Below, in pieces: positions 37,630-47,966 of a DNA stretch of 63,554 nucleotides (the first letter of the stretch is position 1; every line of letters begins with the position of its first letter). Location of the stretch: the NCBI GenBank assembly GCA_038108875.1, contig JAYNII010000001.1:101450-165003 (forward strand). Reading direction: 5' to 3'. The DNA comes from Gammaproteobacteria bacterium (GTDB lineage: Bacteria; Pseudomonadota; Gammaproteobacteria; Magnimaribacterales; D2472). A program made the translations under genes and the position numbers. Under the pieces are notes generated by a model. The model was not told where the DNA came from. It did not search any database and saw only the letters and a program-made list of their open reading frames with translations.

Positions 37630-39147
37630 CTAGAACATCGCGGAGACGGCTATAAAGCCAACAATAGTTAAAACCACTGTATAGGGCAAAGCCATATAAA
37701 CCATTCTCATATAAGAGAGATTGATTAAGGGAGCTGCTGAGGATGTCAATAAAAATAAGAAGGCAGCCTGACCATTTGGGGTCGCAACACTAGGTATATT
37801 GGTACCCGTATTAACTGCTATAGCTAAATGATCAAAATGCTCACGAGTAATTAACCCGCTATCAAGGGCATCCTTTATTTCACTTATATAAACAGTTGCA
37901 ACAAACACGTTATCACTTATTGCTGATAAAACTCCATTTGCTAAATAAAACATAGGAGCTTGAACTTCTATTGGATGAGCAAAAACAAAGTTTACAACTG
38001 GTATGAATAAATTTTGTTCATGAATTACACTAACAATAGCAAAAAAAACAACCAATAATGCAGTAAAAGGAAGCGCTTCATTGAAAGCTGGTCCAATATC
38101 ATGTTCATCGGTAATGCCTTTGAAAGCAGTTAAGAGAACGATTACACCTAGTCCAATAATGCCTACTTCCGCTACATGGAAAGCTAACGCAAGAATTAAT
38201 AAGAGCCCAACTATAATTTCTATATATAGTCTTGTCTGATATTGTGGAGTTTGTCTTGCTTCTTCGTATTTATCAAATGCTAAAAATATTTCTTTGATTT
38301 CAGTTGGCAGATGAGTTCCATATGAAAATAGTCTTAATTTCTCTAAAGTTACGCATAAAGCTAAACCTGTTATAAAGACGGGAACGGTAACAGGAGACAT
38401 TTTATGAAGAAAATCCATAAATTCCCATCCAGCTACATGGGCAATCAATAAATTCTGAGGCTCGCCAACAATCGTACAAACTCCGCCCAGTGCGGTACCA
38501 ACTACGCCATGCATTACTAAATCTCTAAGAAAAGATTTAAAGTTATCTAATTCTTCTAATCCTTTATTTGAAAGATAAGTGTCATCAGAAATATTGTGAT
38601 CTACCTTATCAAAGCCAAAATTGGACATTGCTAAATGAAATACTCTATAAAATCCAATAATTACAGTGATCAACACAGCTGTAACTGTAAGCGCATCTAA
38701 GAAAGCAGAGAGAAAAGCTGCAACAAAGCAGAATAATAAAGACAGTTTTGTTTTAGAGTGGACCTTTAAGAGTAATTTGGTAAATATTACCAGCATAAGG
38801 TTTTTCATGAAATAAATCCCTGCAACCATGAATACAAGAAGCAAGACTACCTGCAAATTATGTTCCACTTCATAATAAATTGAATCCGGATTGGTAAGAC
38901 CCATGAGAATAGCTTGAATTGCCAGAAGTCCCCCAGGTTGCAGCGGATAACACTTAAGGGCAAGAGCGAGAGTAAAAATAAACTCAAGTAGTAAGATCCA
39001 GCCCACAATAAAACTTCCATTTGCACCTATTCCATTTAAGAAATAGAGAAGAATTGGATTTATTAGTAAACAACCAATAATAGTTTTTTTATACCATTCT
39101 GGAGACGATCCGAGGAAAAGACCATAGAAGTTACTTATAATAGTCAT
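37630..39147 (-). CDS. nhaB: Na+/H+ antiporter NhaB
   Basis: FLG.SP.WYK, EFIFTLA.ALKCYPLQPGG, AFLDALTV, GEPQN and TPNGQAAFLFLLTS motifs. Confidence 0.95.
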   Translation of the reverse strand: MTIISNFYGLFLGSSPEWYKKTIIGCLLINPILLYFLNGIGANGSFIVGWILLLEFIFTLALALKCYPLQPGGLLAIQAILMGLTNPDSIYYEVEHNLQVVLLLVFMVAGIYFMKNLMLVIFTKLLLKVHSKTKLSLLFCFVAAFLSAFLDALTVTAVLITVIIGFYRVFHLAMSNFGFDKVDHNISDDTYLSNKGLEELDNFKSFLRDLVMHGVVGTALGGVCTIVGEPQNLLIAHVAGWEFMDFLHKMSPVTVPVFITGLALCVTLEKLRLFSYGTHLPTEIKEIFLAFDKYEEARQTPQYQTRLYIEIIVGLLLILALAFHVAEVGIIGLGVIVLLTAFKGITDEHDIGPAFNEALPFTALLVVFFAIVSVIHEQNLFIPVVNFVFAHPIEVQAPMFYLANGVLSAISDNVFVATVYISEIKDALDSGLITREHFDHLAIAVNTGTNIPSVATPNGQAAFLFLLTSSAAPLINLSYMRMVYMALPYTVVLTIVGFIAVSAMF

Positions 39148-39972
39148 ATGTTGTTAATCCGGGAAATATACGAGTCTATACCACCAAACTCAAAAATAAT
39201 ATTAAGTTGTAATCATAAGATAATATTTAATACAGAGCAAAATTCTTATTGTTTTTATGATGATCTGACTAGCCAATCATTTAACAATAAAAAATTTCTA
39301 GCGATTGCTCGTGATAATTCTGAATACATATGCACTGTTCATTTAGATGATTCTGGTTTGAATGAAATATTAAGTTTAAATAATCATTTAGAAGTTCATG
39401 ATTTAAGGCGTTCATTCAATATGCTTGATGAAAACCTTTTTAAGCTTATATCAAGAGCTGTAGAACTTTCAATTTGGCTTAATGAGTCGAACTACTGCGG
39501 TATTTGTGGCTCCTCAACCTTTTTTAACAATGTTGAAAAGGCATTTGGATGCAGTTGTTCAAAAAAGATACTCTATCCAAATATTTCCCCTTGTATCATC
39601 ACTTTAATTACAAATGAGGATATGGTACTTCTCGGAAGAGCTAAATTCTTTCCTGCTGGACTATTTAGTACTTTAGCTGGATTCATAGAAGCGGGAGAGT
39701 CTGCTGAGGATGCTCTACATCGAGAGGTTGAGGAGGAAGTTGGGCTTCGAGTAACTAATATCCAATATTATGGAAGCCAGTCTTGGCCATTTCCAAGTCA
39801 GATAATGTTAGGATTTTATTGTCAGTACCTGAGTGGTTCAATAAGGGTGAATCCTGATGAGTTAGAGGCTGCACAATGGTTTCACATTAGTGAGCTACCA
39901 CAGGTGCCTCCAACTACTTCAATTTCAGGTAAGCTTATTCACTCTTATATCTTGGATCGTTCAAAGCCCTAA
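39148..39972 (+). CDS. nudC: NADH pyrophosphatase / NAD-cap decapping enzyme
   Basis: Nudix box GFIEAGE...REVEEEVG; SQSWPFP motif; Zn-ribbon CGIC. Confidence 0.9.
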   Translation: MLLIREIYESIPPNSKIILSCNHKIIFNTEQNSYCFYDDLTSQSFNNKKFLAIARDNSEYICTVHLDDSGLNEILSLNNHLEVHDLRRSFNMLDENLFKLISRAVELSIWLNESNYCGICGSSTFFNNVEKAFGCSCSKKILYPNISPCIITLITNEDMVLLGRAKFFPAGLFSTLAGFIEAGESAEDALHREVEEEVGLRVTNIQYYGSQSWPFPSQIMLGFYCQYLSGSIRVNPDELEAAQWFHISELPQVPPTTSISGKLIHSYILDRSKP

Positions 39973-41923
39973 TAGGTTTCTCAGTTTTAACTGAAGTTTG
40001 TTCATTAACTTCAACAGCAACTTGATTATTTATGGGTTTATTATTTTCTAGAGCCTCAGGGATATTATTGTTTATTTCTAAAGCGGCAGTGGTGTTTGAA
40101 CTTTCGTTAGCTTTAGCAGGAGATTTCCTCTGAACACTTCTAGGATTCTTTCGAGGCCTTCTTGTTGAGTTATTTTCATTTTTTCTATTATCAGGTTTAT
40201 TCGATCTATTATTTTCAGTAATGTTTTTATTATTTTTTTGTTTATTGAAATTTCTCTTTTTTCTAACAACAGGTTTATCTGATTTTTTTTCTTCTTTCTT
40301 CTTAGATTTAAATAGAGAAGTTATAGAAGATAGTAAGCCTCCAGTTTTTTTTGGTCTTTTTGGTGGTTTTGATACTTTTACCAATGGATCAGCTATTGTT
40401 TTAGATGAAGTAGTGTTTCTCCATTCAATTTTTGGATCTGGACTTGATGGAGCTAGATCAAATGAATACCTAGCTTTAGTTTCAGTATCTTTTATTCTAA
40501 TAACTTTGTAATAGGGTCGTGATCTATAGGGATCAGCAATAATCACTATATTTACTCTTGTTTGATCTTCAATTTTGATTATTTCTCTTCTCTTTTCATT
40601 TAAAAGATAGCTTGCTACATCTGAAGGCAAAAAAGCATGAACTTCAGCTGTATTTTCCTTCATGGTATCCTCACTAATAATTCTAAGAATCGAATCACCT
40701 AATGATTTTGGACCTCTTACCATAACATGCTGAATATCGTAAGTTTCATTTAGAGAAGGTCTTAATCTTTGTCTGGACAACTCTAATAGGCCAAATTTAG
40801 ATATATCGCTAATTTGTATCCTCGCTCTATCTGAATGAACTGCATGTCTCATTGCTTGCTCGACCTTCTTCTGGTTCTCCTCAGTAACCATATCTATGAA
40901 GTCTATAACTATTAATCCTCCCAGATCACGCAACCTTAGTTGTCTTGCAATTTCATGAGCTGCTTCGAGATTAGTTGCTAATGCAGTCTCCTCTATATCC
41001 CTTCCTTTAGTGGCTCTTGCAGAGTTCACATCAATAGTAACCATAGCTTCCGTTGGGTCTATAACTAGTGCACCACCTGAAGGAAGTGTAATCTCTCTAT
41101 TAAAGGCAGATTCTATTTGAGACTCAACTTGGTATCTATTAAACAGAGGAATATCTTCATCATAAAACTTAACTTTCTGAGCATGATCAGGAATCACAGC
41201 TTCGGCAAAAGCCAAGGCTTCTTGATATACATTTTTATCATCTATTAATATTTCTTCTATATCCTCCCTGTAATAATCTCTAAAAACTCTTAAGAGTAAA
41301 TTGTCATCTTTGTAAATAAGGGTAGGGCAGGATGTATTGCCAAAATTTTTACTTATCTCTTCCCATAAAGATATTAGGTAATTAAGATCCCATTGAAGTT
41401 CATTCTTATTTCTTCCCAAACCTGCTGTTCTTACAATCACACTCATTCCTTCAGGGATATTTAGATCTTGAAGGATTGTCTTGACTTGGTCTCGCTCTTC
41501 ACCAGAGATTCTTCTAGAGACCCCGCCGGCTTTTTCAGAATTTGGAATTAATACTAGAAATCTTCCTGCAAGAGAAAGTTGAGTTGATAAAGCGGCCCCT
41601 TTAGTTCCTCTTTCTTCTTTGAGTATTTGTACTATGATTTCATCGCCATCTTTGAGTGTACATGACTTCTTGCCACTATGATCCTTAATATAAAAACTTT
41701 CTGTAAGTTCTTTTAAGGGTAAAAAACCATGCTTCTCTGATCCAAAATCTACAAATGCAGCATCAAGACTTGATTCAATTCTTGATACTTTTGCCTTAAA
41801 GATACTTCCTTTAAGTAACGATTGTGAGTCAGAATCGCTGTCCAGATCATATAACTTAGAACCTTCTATTAGAGCAATACGCAACTCATTGTTATATGAA
41901 TTATTCATTAAAATTCTTTTCAT
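39935..41923 (-). CDS. rne: Ribonuclease E (short, 662 aa)
   Basis: MKRILMN, S1 domain AAFVDFG, IDVNS, RDLGGLIVIDFIDM; amphipathic GLLSSITSLFK; R/N/K-rich tail ending NDPR. Confidence 0.95.
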   Translation of the reverse strand: MKRILMNNSYNNELRIALIEGSKLYDLDSDSDSQSLLKGSIFKAKVSRIESSLDAAFVDFGSEKHGFLPLKELTESFYIKDHSGKKSCTLKDGDEIIVQILKEERGTKGAALSTQLSLAGRFLVLIPNSEKAGGVSRRISGEERDQVKTILQDLNIPEGMSVIVRTAGLGRNKNELQWDLNYLISLWEEISKNFGNTSCPTLIYKDDNLLLRVFRDYYREDIEEILIDDKNVYQEALAFAEAVIPDHAQKVKFYDEDIPLFNRYQVESQIESAFNREITLPSGGALVIDPTEAMVTIDVNSARATKGRDIEETALATNLEAAHEIARQLRLRDLGGLIVIDFIDMVTEENQKKVEQAMRHAVHSDRARIQISDISKFGLLELSRQRLRPSLNETYDIQHVMVRGPKSLGDSILRIISEDTMKENTAEVHAFLPSDVASYLLNEKRREIIKIEDQTRVNIVIIADPYRSRPYYKVIRIKDTETKARYSFDLAPSSPDPKIEWRNTTSSKTIADPLVKVSKPPKRPKKTGGLLSSITSLFKSKKKEEKKSDKPVVRKKRNFNKQKNNKNITENNRSNKPDNRKNENNSTRRPRKNPRSVQRKSPAKANESSNTTAALEINNNIPEALENNKPINNQVAVEVNEQTSVKTEKPIRALNDPRYKSE

Positions 41924-41939
41924 TTTTTTTCCTTATATG

Positions 41940-42108
41940 AAGAAAGACAAGTAACTTCGTTACTTTAATGAACGCATTAAGTCTTACGTTTACATTGCTT
42001 AATGCGTGAGCCTTTAAGTTAAAGGCTTGGGTATAAACTTTTCTTGTCTTATTCTTTTAAAATAAAATATATCAGCTATTTTTTTTCTTCTAAAATAGCG
42101 CTTAAGCG
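41940..42108 (-). promoter_or_regulatory. Structured rne 5' leader (candidate autoregulatory element)
   Basis: Inverted repeats: AAGACAAG 41944-51 / CTTGTCTT 42043-50; AAGTAAC/GTTACTT 41949-65; ACGCATTAAG 41972-81 / CTTAATGCGT 41998-42007; AGCCTTTAA/TTAAAGGCT 42009-27. Confidence 0.65.
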
Positions 42109-43022
42109 TGCATTCTACCAAAATGAGCGAAAATTTACTAAAAATTAATCAACATCACCAAAATCAAAGAGTAGATAACTACTTATTCTCTGTTTTTAAA
42201 TTCATTCCTAAGACAAAAATTTACTCATGTATAAGAAAGGGTGAGATTAGAATTAATTCAAAACGTGTAAAGCCATCCACAAAACTATGTATAAATGATC
42301 TTTTAAGAGTTCCTCCCTATTTTCTGACACAAACTCATCCAAAAATTCAAAGTGTTATCAGCAAAGCCCAATATCTTCCCATAATTTTTGAAGATGAGGA
42401 TTTTATTGTAGTTGATAAGCCCCCAGGTTTAAGTTCACATAGTGGGACTAAGAATTCTTATGGGGTTATAGAAATATGTAGGGAGCAATTTAAAGGAAGT
42501 GACTTAGATTTGTGTCACAGGATCGATAAAAACACTTCTGGTGTGATACTTCTTTCAAAGAATAAATCTTTTTTAAGATACTTTCATAACCAACTAAGAA
42601 CATTTGCTGTGCATAAGGAATATTTGGCAATAGTTCATGGAGATAGAAAGGATAAACAATTCACTGTTAAAAATGAAATTGAGCTTAAGGGAGGGATTAA
42701 TAAAGATGCTGATAGTGAATTTAGGTTAATGGGAAAAAATAAGAAGTATACTTTTTACTCAATTAAGATAAATACTGGCAGAATGCACCAAATTAGGATT
42801 CATTGTTCAGGAATAGAAATGCCTATTATTAACGATAAGAAATACGGCAATTTCAAATTAGACAAAAAGTTAAAACTTAACCATGAGTTTAACCAGATGG
42901 CTTTGCATTCCCATCAATTAATATTTTTAGATAGATCAGGTAAAGAAAATGCTTTTTATGCGCCCTTGCCTCAGACTTGGAAGACTTTTTTAAACTTGGA
43001 AAATATTGTTGTAAATGTATGA
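42108..43022 (+). CDS. rluC: 23S rRNA pseudouridine synthase C
   Basis: S4 domain QRVDNYL..IRKGEIR, HRIDKNTSG, TGRMHQIR; divergent from rne; alternative start ATG 42123. Confidence 0.9.
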   Translation: MHSTKMSENLLKINQHHQNQRVDNYLFSVFKFIPKTKIYSCIRKGEIRINSKRVKPSTKLCINDLLRVPPYFLTQTHPKIQSVISKAQYLPIIFEDEDFIVVDKPPGLSSHSGTKNSYGVIEICREQFKGSDLDLCHRIDKNTSGVILLSKNKSFLRYFHNQLRTFAVHKEYLAIVHGDRKDKQFTVKNEIELKGGINKDADSEFRLMGKNKKYTFYSIKINTGRMHQIRIHCSGIEMPIINDKKYGNFKLDKKLKLNHEFNQMALHSHQLIFLDRSGKENAFYAPLPQTWKTFLNLENIVVNV

Positions 43023-43059
43023 TATATTCTGATAGCATACGCGTTTTTTAGGCATTATT

Positions 43060-43266
43060 ATGGCTGTTCAAAAGAGTAGAAAAACCAGATCACGAATAGG
43101 TATGCGTCGTTCACACGACTCTATTTCAGGTAAAACTTTGTCAACAGATCCCGTAACCGGAGAGAGGCATCTTCGCCATCAAATGACTGCAGATGGCTTC
43201 TATAAAGGAAGATTAGTCAAAGATTTAAGAAAACCTATCAAAGAAGGTTCTGAAGAAACAGAATAG
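43060..43266 (+). CDS. rpmF: 50S ribosomal protein L32 (Cys-free form)
   Basis: [18 protein letters not shown]...GERHLRH. Confidence 0.95.
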   Translation: MAVQKSRKTRSRIGMRRSHDSISGKTLSTDPVTGERHLRHQMTADGFYKGRLVKDLRKPIKEGSEETE

Positions 43267-43272
43267 ATTTTT

Positions 43273-44178
43273 ATGTCCCAAACTAAGGCCCTTTTATTTC
43301 CTGGCCAAGGTTCTCAATTTACAGGTATGTTAAGTCAACTTGGCTTATCGAATAGCAGTATTCTAAATAAATATCAGACTGTTATTGATTCATTTTCTAA
43401 TTTAATTGGTATGGATTTGATTTCTCTAATTGAAGATGCAAACCTCGAAGACAAATTAAACCAAACTCAATATACACAGCCTGCTATTTTATTTACTTCT
43501 TATGTAGTCTACAGAGAGTTGATTTATTCTAAATATGATTTCTCTTATTTCGCAGGTCATTCATTGGGAGAATATTCTGCCTTAGTTTGTGCAAACTCTA
43601 TTGAAATTCTTGACGGTTTAAATTTGGTTTATCAAAGAGGACAACTAATGACCACAGCAGATAAGGGGGCAATGTCTGCAATCATTGGAATTAACACTGA
43701 AACCATTGATGAAGTCTGCGAGTCAATAACAGCTTCTGGCTTTCCTGTTCAGAGTGCCAACAAGAATTCTCCTCTTCAAACTGTTATCTCAGGTTCATTA
43801 GAAGGTATTGAAAAAGCTGAACTTCGCTTAAAAGAGTTAGGAGCTAAGCGTGCTATTCGTCTTAATGTGAGTGTTGCTTCCCACTCGCAAATTATGAAAT
43901 CTATTACTTCTAAGTTTTCTGAGGCCCTGGATAATTTAGAAATATCCATGCCGGAAATTCCTATTCTCCAAAATGTATCAGCTTCAGTTCCCAAAGATTT
44001 GGAAGAATTAAAAACCAACCTAATCAATCAATTATACTCACCAGTTAATTGGGTTGATACTATGAACAAGCTTTCTACTTTTGATCAAGTGATTGAATGT
44101 GGTCCAGGGAAAGTCTTGACAGGTCTTGGAAAACAAAACAATCTCTCTGTATGTGATATATTGAGTTTAGAAGGTTAA
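43273..44178 (+). CDS. fabD: Malonyl-CoA:ACP transacylase
   Basis: FPGQGSQ, GHSLGEY and ASH motifs. Confidence 0.95.
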   Translation: MSQTKALLFPGQGSQFTGMLSQLGLSNSSILNKYQTVIDSFSNLIGMDLISLIEDANLEDKLNQTQYTQPAILFTSYVVYRELIYSKYDFSYFAGHSLGEYSALVCANSIEILDGLNLVYQRGQLMTTADKGAMSAIIGINTETIDEVCESITASGFPVQSANKNSPLQTVISGSLEGIEKAELRLKELGAKRAIRLNVSVASHSQIMKSITSKFSEALDNLEISMPEIPILQNVSASVPKDLEELKTNLINQLYSPVNWVDTMNKLSTFDQVIECGPGKVLTGLGKQNNLSVCDILSLEG

Positions 44179-44179
44179 C

Positions 44180-44899
44180 ATGGATAAAAAAAATGTTTTA
44201 GTAACTGGTTGCTCTCGAGGAATTGGTTTAGCAATTGCAAAACAGTTAATAGGGGATAATTATTTTGTTATTGGGACATCTAGATCTAAAATTGATTTAT
44301 CAACCCTGCTAGGTTCTGATGCATGCATTCATATAGCTGTAGACCTGGCCAAGGAAGATGAAATCTCATCCATGGTGGATGAATTAAATAATCGAGCCAT
44401 ACATGTTCATTGCCTAGTTAATAATGCTGGTATTACTAGAGATCAATTATTTATGCGAATGAGTTCTGATGACTGGAACAGCGTTATTCATACTAATTTA
44501 AATGCTGTGTTTTATTTAACCAAAGCTTTAATCAAAGGGATGGTAAAAAATAGATACGGAAGAATAATTAATATTTCTAGTGTTGCTGGCTTAATGGGAA
44601 ATCCTGGACAAGTTAATTACTCGGCTTCTAAAGCTGCTCTTTCTGGTTTTACTAAATCTCTTGCCAAAGAATTAGCTTCAAGAAATATAACAGTTAACAA
44701 CGTATGTCCTGGTTTTATTGAAAGTGACATGACTAAAGAATTATCGGATTCGCAGATAGAAAATGCACTGCAACAAATACCTTTACAAAGATTTGGTAAA
44801 GCTGAAGAGGTTGCTTCGTTGGTTTCATATCTACTAAGCAGTGCTGCTGATTATATTACTGGTCAAGAGCTGTCAATAGATGGCGGTATGTACATTTAA
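44180..44899 (+). CDS. fabG: 3-oxoacyl-ACP reductase
   Basis: NNAGITRD, GNPGQ.NYSASK motifs; fab operon context. Confidence 0.95.
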   Translation: MDKKNVLVTGCSRGIGLAIAKQLIGDNYFVIGTSRSKIDLSTLLGSDACIHIAVDLAKEDEISSMVDELNNRAIHVHCLVNNAGITRDQLFMRMSSDDWNSVIHTNLNAVFYLTKALIKGMVKNRYGRIINISSVAGLMGNPGQVNYSASKAALSGFTKSLAKELASRNITVNNVCPGFIESDMTKELSDSQIENALQQIPLQRFGKAEEVASLVSYLLSSAADYITGQELSIDGGMYI

Positions 44900-44958
44900 A
44901 TTTTTTAAGCCAATTATAAATTTTGATGTAAAATAAAAATTCATTCGGAGGAAAACTA

Positions 44959-45189
44959 GTGGGAATAGAAGAAAGAGTCACAAAAATAGTCTGCGAACAA
45001 CTTGGCGTTAGTGAAGATGAAGTTAATCTAACTTCATCATTTGTTGATGATCTCGGTGCAGACTCTCTTGATACAGTTGAATTAGTTATGGCTTTAGAAG
45101 AAGAATTTGATCTAGAGATTGCTGACGAAGAAGCTGAAAAAATAACAACCGTTCAAGACGCTGTAAACTATATAAATTCAAATAGCTAG
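44959..45189 (+). CDS. acpP: Acyl carrier protein
   Basis: [20 protein letters not shown]; GTG start with GGAGG RBS. Confidence 0.97.
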   Translation: MGIEERVTKIVCEQLGVSEDEVNLTSSFVDDLGADSLDTVELVMALEEEFDLEIADEEAEKITTVQDAVNYINSNS

Positions 45190-45201
45190 ATATCTCATTC
45201 C

Positions 45202-46431
45202 ATGCAACTACAAAGACGTGTTGTAGTTACTGGGCTAGGAATTCTCTCACCTTCGGGTAACACAGTTTCAGAAGCATGGTCTGCATGTGTTGCAGGAAGA
45301 TCAAGCATTTCAATAATAGAACCGACTTTTCCAGATTCACCAATATCTATTGGCGGCAGAATCAAAAATTTAAATCCTGATTTATATTTAGACCCTAAAG
45401 ACAAAAGAAGGCTTGATCTGTTTGTTCAATATGGTGTTATTGCCGCTGAGCAAGCCATACTAGATTCTAATATTTTGGATTCCAATATTGATAAACAGAT
45501 GGTTGGAGTTAACTTTGGCTCTGGTATTGGTGGTTTAGCAAGTATAGAAACTAATCACTCAGCTCTTATCGGTTCAAGTTACAAAAAAGTTTCACCATTT
45601 TTTGTTCCAGGATCTATAGTTAATATGATTTCTGGTTTAGTCTCAATCAAGCACGGTTTTATGGGCCCTAACTATTCTATGGTAACTGCATGCTCGACTG
45701 GAAATCATTGTATTGGCAGTGCAGCTAGATCCATAGCTTATGGTGAAGCTGATATTATGATAGCTGGGGGAGCAGAAGCTGCATCTTCACCTCTAGGGAT
45801 TGCAGGCTTTATTGCATCTAGGGCATTAAGCAGCAACTCTAATCCACAAGAAGCTTCTAGACCTTGGGATAAAAATAGAGATGGTTTTGTTTTATCAGAT
45901 GGTGCGGGAGCTTTGGTCTTAGAAGAACTCGAACATGCAAAAGAAAGAAATGCAAAAATCTATGCTGAAGTTCTTGGTTTTGGAATGAGTTCCGATGCAT
46001 ATCATATGACGGCTCCCCCTGAAGATGGCAGGGGAGCTGCGCTGGCTATGAAAAATGCTCTTAAGGATGCAAATATTTCTCCTTCTGCTATCGATTACAT
46101 TAATGCTCATGGTACTTCGACACCTTTGGGGGACATAGCTGAAACTAAAGCCATTAAATCAGTATTTACCGATTCTATTCCTGCAATTAGTTCAACAAAG
46201 TCAATGATAGGTCATACTCTTGGGGCTGCTGGAGCAATAGAAAGTATTTTTTCAATCATGAGTATTCAAGATGGAATCATCCCGCCCACAATTAATCTTT
46301 ATAATCCAGATCCTGAATGCGACCTTGACTACACGCCGCATAGTGCTAGAGATGCTTCTATAAAAATTGCTATGAATAATTCATTTGGTTTTGGTGGAAC
46401 TAATTCTTCTCTTGTTTTCAGCAAAATATAA
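45202..46431 (+). CDS. fabF: Beta-ketoacyl-ACP synthase II
   Basis: TACSTG, NAHGTST, KSMIGH and NSFGFGG motifs. Confidence 0.95.
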   Translation: MQLQRRVVVTGLGILSPSGNTVSEAWSACVAGRSSISIIEPTFPDSPISIGGRIKNLNPDLYLDPKDKRRLDLFVQYGVIAAEQAILDSNILDSNIDKQMVGVNFGSGIGGLASIETNHSALIGSSYKKVSPFFVPGSIVNMISGLVSIKHGFMGPNYSMVTACSTGNHCIGSAARSIAYGEADIMIAGGAEAASSPLGIAGFIASRALSSNSNPQEASRPWDKNRDGFVLSDGAGALVLEELEHAKERNAKIYAEVLGFGMSSDAYHMTAPPEDGRGAALAMKNALKDANISPSAIDYINAHGTSTPLGDIAETKAIKSVFTDSIPAISSTKSMIGHTLGAAGAIESIFSIMSIQDGIIPPTINLYNPDPECDLDYTPHSARDASIKIAMNNSFGFGGTNSSLVFSKI

Positions 46432-47371
46432 TTTTTTATTAATTGTTTTATTTGTTACTTTTATTTTAAGTATCATTTTTCTTGGTTCTGTCTTTTCAGT
46501 CTTAAGTAGGCCTTCTCAGCTAACTCATGTTGAAATAGTCAAAGGAGACACCCTTTATCAAAATATAAATAAACTCAATTTGAATTCTTATGATCAATTT
46601 GTTGTTAAGGTCTTTTTTTCAATTTTTTCAAGTAAACAAATCTATCCAGGAATATATGATGCATCGGATATGTCTCTCCAGCAATTTTTCAAAGCTATCC
46701 TATCTGGAGAACTTAAAAAGTTTAAACTTCAAATTATTGAAGGAGATAACGTATTTAATATTGCTAGTAAAATTCAGAAACTCTTACCTAATAATGACTG
46801 TCCAGATTTAGGTTGCTTAGATAACGCTTCGTTTCCCTTTGTAGAAGGCACTTTATTTCCAGACACTTATTTTCTAACTTCTACTGATAGCGTTAGAGAT
46901 ATGCTAATTAATTCCCAGCTCAGATTAAGTAAGTTACTTGATGGGTACTGGAACGTCAGTGAATCAAGGCTAGACAGCAAATACCAAGCACTGATTTTGG
47001 CTTCTCTAATTGAAAAAGAAGCTGGTACTAAAGCAGAAATGCCAGTCATTGCAAGCGTCTTTTATAACCGAATCAAAATTGGTATGAAATTACAATCCGA
47101 TCCCACAATCATTTACGGTTTATTACCAAATTTCGATGGAGATATTAAGAAAACCGACATCATTGATAAAAATAACATTTTTAATACTTACGCTATTAAG
47201 GGTTTGCCTCCAACTCCTATTTCAATGGTTAGTAAACTTTCGCTTGATGCTGTATTTAATCCAGCTAACACAGATTTTTATTATTTTGTTTCAAAAGGCA
47301 ATGGCGAACACTACTTTTCAAAAACTTTAGATGAACATCAGGCAGCTGTAAGGAAATTTCAGTTACAATAA
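46385..47371 (+). CDS. mltG: Endolytic transglycosylase MltG (start uncertain)
   Basis: EGTLFPDTY, LASLIEKE, LQSDPT and NTY..GLPPTPI motifs. Confidence 0.9.
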   Translation: MVLVELILLLFSAKYNFLLIVLFVTFILSIIFLGSVFSVLSRPSQLTHVEIVKGDTLYQNINKLNLNSYDQFVVKVFFSIFSSKQIYPGIYDASDMSLQQFFKAILSGELKKFKLQIIEGDNVFNIASKIQKLLPNNDCPDLGCLDNASFPFVEGTLFPDTYFLTSTDSVRDMLINSQLRLSKLLDGYWNVSESRLDSKYQALILASLIEKEAGTKAEMPVIASVFYNRIKIGMKLQSDPTIIYGLLPNFDGDIKKTDIIDKNNIFNTYAIKGLPPTPISMVSKLSLDAVFNPANTDFYYFVSKGNGEHYFSKTLDEHQAAVRKFQLQ

Positions 47372-47378
47372 TTTTTCT

Positions 47379-47966
47379 ATGTTAATAACTTTTGAAGGTA
47401 TCGAAGGTTCTGGTAAGTCTACTCAAATCAAACTGTTAGAGAAATTTTTTATTGATCGTGGAGAAGATGTAATTTTATTAAGAGAGCCTGGATCTACGAA
47501 TCTTGGAGAAGAAATTCGCAACATATTACTAAATTCATCTAATGATATTTCTAACAACACTGAATTGTTATTGATGTTTGCTGCTAGAGCTCAACTCATT
47601 GATCAAATTATTCGTAAAAATTTAAATAAAATAATTCTAATCGATAGATACTTTCATGCATCGATAGCCTATCAAGGCTTCGGTAGGGGCATTGATTTAG
47701 ATAAGATAGATAAATTAAAAAATGTTACAGAATGCGTTGATCCGGATTATACATTTTTACTAGATATATCTCCTGAAGATGGTTTTAAAAGAAAATCAGG
47801 CGATCAAATGGACCGTATTGAGTCATCAGGCATGGAATTTTTTAATAGAGTAAGGGATGGCTATTTAACAATTGCAGATCAACACGACTATATGCATGTG
47901 ATATCTAGCATGCAAAGTCCAGAAGATATTCATCATCAGATTGTTTCCATAATCAATGAATCATGA
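47379..47966 (+). CDS. tmk: Thymidylate kinase
   Basis: EGIEGSGKST, REPG, DRY..S.AYQG motifs. Confidence 0.95.
   Translation: MLITFEGIEGSGKSTQIKLLEKFFIDRGEDVILLREPGSTNLGEEIRNILLNSSNDISNNTELLLMFAARAQLIDQIIRKNLNKIILIDRYFHASIAYQGFGRGIDLDKIDKLKNVTECVDPDYTFLLDISPEDGFKRKSGDQMDRIESSGMEFFNRVRDGYLTIADQHDYMHVISSMQSPEDIHHQIVSIINES

Noticed and set aside
39960-40400. Low-complexity A/T-rich stretch as a repeat element
   Set aside because: It encodes the disordered K/N/R-rich C-terminal tail of RNase E.
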